NCBI GenBank assembly: GCA_038496445.1
Contig: JALMLS010000316.1
Coordinates: 70,012-134,011 of the forward strand
Direction of reading: 5' to 3'
Source: Trichosphaerium sp. ATCC 40318
Taxonomy: Eukaryota > Protista > Tubulinea
DNA: 64,000 bases
Shown here: positions 62,403-64,000 of the stretch, one piece after another
Numbering within the stretch: position 1 is the stretch's first letter
Layout of the letters: each line of letters starts with the position of its first letter
Position numbers and translations under genes: made by a program
Notes under the pieces: generated by a model
Told to the model about the DNA's origin: nothing
What the model saw: the letters and a program-made list of their open reading frames with translations, nothing else
Database searches by the model: none

Positions 62403-63385
62403 CTAAGTGCGTGGAGGCTGTGGTGGGATTGGTGGTAGTGTACGTTTCTCATTTAGTGGTAAAACAGGCAAGCTTTGATCACCTTTAATAACTGTTAGTC
62501 ATTGTAATGGTAAAATTCAAGTAGTACGTCTTGGTTCTAAATGACCTGTAACTGACACTTCTTCATCAATCGATGAATCGTTGTGATCACCTTCAGTATC
62601 GCTCAGAAGATGTTCTATCGTCATAGGTGGATCATCTTGAAGTACTTGTTAGCGATAATGTGATGGAAAGAACATAACAGAAAAAAAGCACAAAATTGAC
62701 ATACATGACTCTCGTCGTTCTGTAGAGTGCTCTGGAGACTCAACGACATCTATGTCGTTATTATATTGCCTCATTTCGTTTGCTGACAGGCCAAGATCAG
62801 TAGGATCATTAGGCGGTGATGTGACGTATGATTTTTGAGTGGCGACAGGCATTTGTAGTTGTGATGTTGTTTCATCTTCAAATTTCATTTCTGTTTGTTC
62901 TTCGTGGTCATTAAAACCACTCTGCCCAGGCGATCTAGGTCCAGACGCATCTGTAGTTACGGGTAGTGTTGTTTGTGGTGGACCTGTGTCCCTTTTACCC
63001 ATGAGTTTGTCCATGGCGTTCTGTAGAGCATCTTGTATGCCTAATGGCGTATTAATAAACAATTGCCTTTTACATCTAATCAACACGTTTTGTTTTTATC
63101 TTCGAACACAGTGGAAATATTGGTTATTATAGTGAGAATGAGTAATGTACCTGCGCACATAGCCAACATCAGTACAATACCGAATGCAAGACATGTAAGT
63201 ACGATAATAAACGGCATTACGTTGTTGTACTGTTTATCTATGCGGTTTTAGTACGCTATTATTGTTAATATGTTTGTACCTTCAATAATTGTGGCACTAT
63301 ACGCTCTACTTTGTCGACGTATTGGCGTAGATAATACACCTACTATAAACAATATAATACATAATACAATAACTGTGTTACTCAT
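62403..63385 (-). CDS. Hypothetical single-pass membrane protein with a disordered Pro-rich tail
   Basis: Signal MSNTVIVLCIILFIVGVLS; TM segment FIIVLTCLAFGIVLMLAMCA; tail ends LPPIPPQPPRT-stop. Confidence 0.6.
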
Positions 63386-63783
63386 TTTCAGCGCCCTAAT
63401 AGGTGTTACACCGTAATTATTGACCTCATAGAGCGAATGGGGCCCTGATTGGGCTTATACAGCGCAACAGTGCAAATGTGGAAAGGAGGTTCGAAAAACA
63501 AGCCAGTCTGTTACTACGTAAAGGGAAATACGCACCTGCCTTACTGATTTGAGTACTTTTCTGTTATTATACTTGTTGTGACACAATGAAAATCATTGAC
63601 TCTGTTTCTCAGCGGGCAATAAAAATGTCAAAGTTGACTCAGCTCTAGAAAACTGACTCACGAAACTTTGCTTCTGTGCAAAAAACTGGATGCAACACGT
63701 GTTAGACACTCAAACACACGGAACACAAATGACAGAGAAGAACTTTGTTTGTCTTTGTAAGGTGCGTTTTATTCGAAGTTTTC

Positions 63784-64000
63784 TTAAAATTCTACGTCAT
63801 TTACAAATCTTCGTATCATATCATAAGCACGGCGAGGCTGTAGCAATCCAATTAGCACTTTATGTTGTATTTCAAAAAAAGATACAAGGTTATCACGTAC
63901 TTGATCTTGTGGTACCAAATGTCCAGCATCTCTTACAACAACTTGAGTGAACTTGTTTACATTGCGAGCAAAACCAGCAACCTGTTTGAAAAGGAAAAAA
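63784..64000 (-). CDS. Serine carboxypeptidase (S10), 3' end only; continues beyond the window
   Basis: VAGFARNVNKFTQVVVRDAGHLVPQDQ|PRRAYDMIRRFV, containing the catalytic His motif AGHxVPxDQP. Confidence 0.85.
   Translation of the reverse strand, partial: FFLFKQVAGFARNVNKFTQVVVRDAGHLVPQDQVRDNLVSFFEIQHKVLIGLLQPRRAYDMIRRFVNDVEF

Noticed and set aside
1-64000. CRISPR arrays, prokaryotic operons, autonomous transposase/reverse transcriptase, alternative genetic code
   Set aside because: None seen; the repeats are coding or duplication-derived, and TAA, TAG and TGA all terminate conserved genes.

Overview
AT-rich, intron-dense eukaryotic DNA, probably from an amoeboid protist (inference). Spliceosomal introns are short, donors are often GTACG/GTATG/GTAAG, and the standard genetic code applies. 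The ORF track therefore shows only exon fragments, and I spliced the gene models below by eye. Housekeeping genes: kinesin-10/KIF22, METTL9, AsnRS, CLASP, DIS3/RRP44, a KCTD-type BTB protein, CSN7 and the 3' end of a serine carboxypeptidase. They are interleaved with lineage-specific secreted, Cys-rich and mucin-like genes. Most notable: (1) a ~36.8-52.8 kb birth-and-death region with three copies of a two-gene cassette. The cassette pairs a secreted LamG-like/Pro-Thr protein with an ankyrin-repeat + PARP-type ADP-ribosyltransferase whose ankyrin repeats are each a duplicated phase-1 exon+intron module. (2) A HARE-HTH-coiled-coil-ART fusion gene. (3) An intronless F-box island (F-box-LRR, F-box-MORN, decayed F-box) associated with two identically truncated tRNA-Ala 5' halves. 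(4) A Rho-family GTPase absent from the ORF track, with substitutions at most catalytic positions. (5) A small prepro-Cys-peptide. (6) A MITE. (7) Strong enrichment of the palindrome CACGTG. No databases were searched; family calls rest on recognised motifs.
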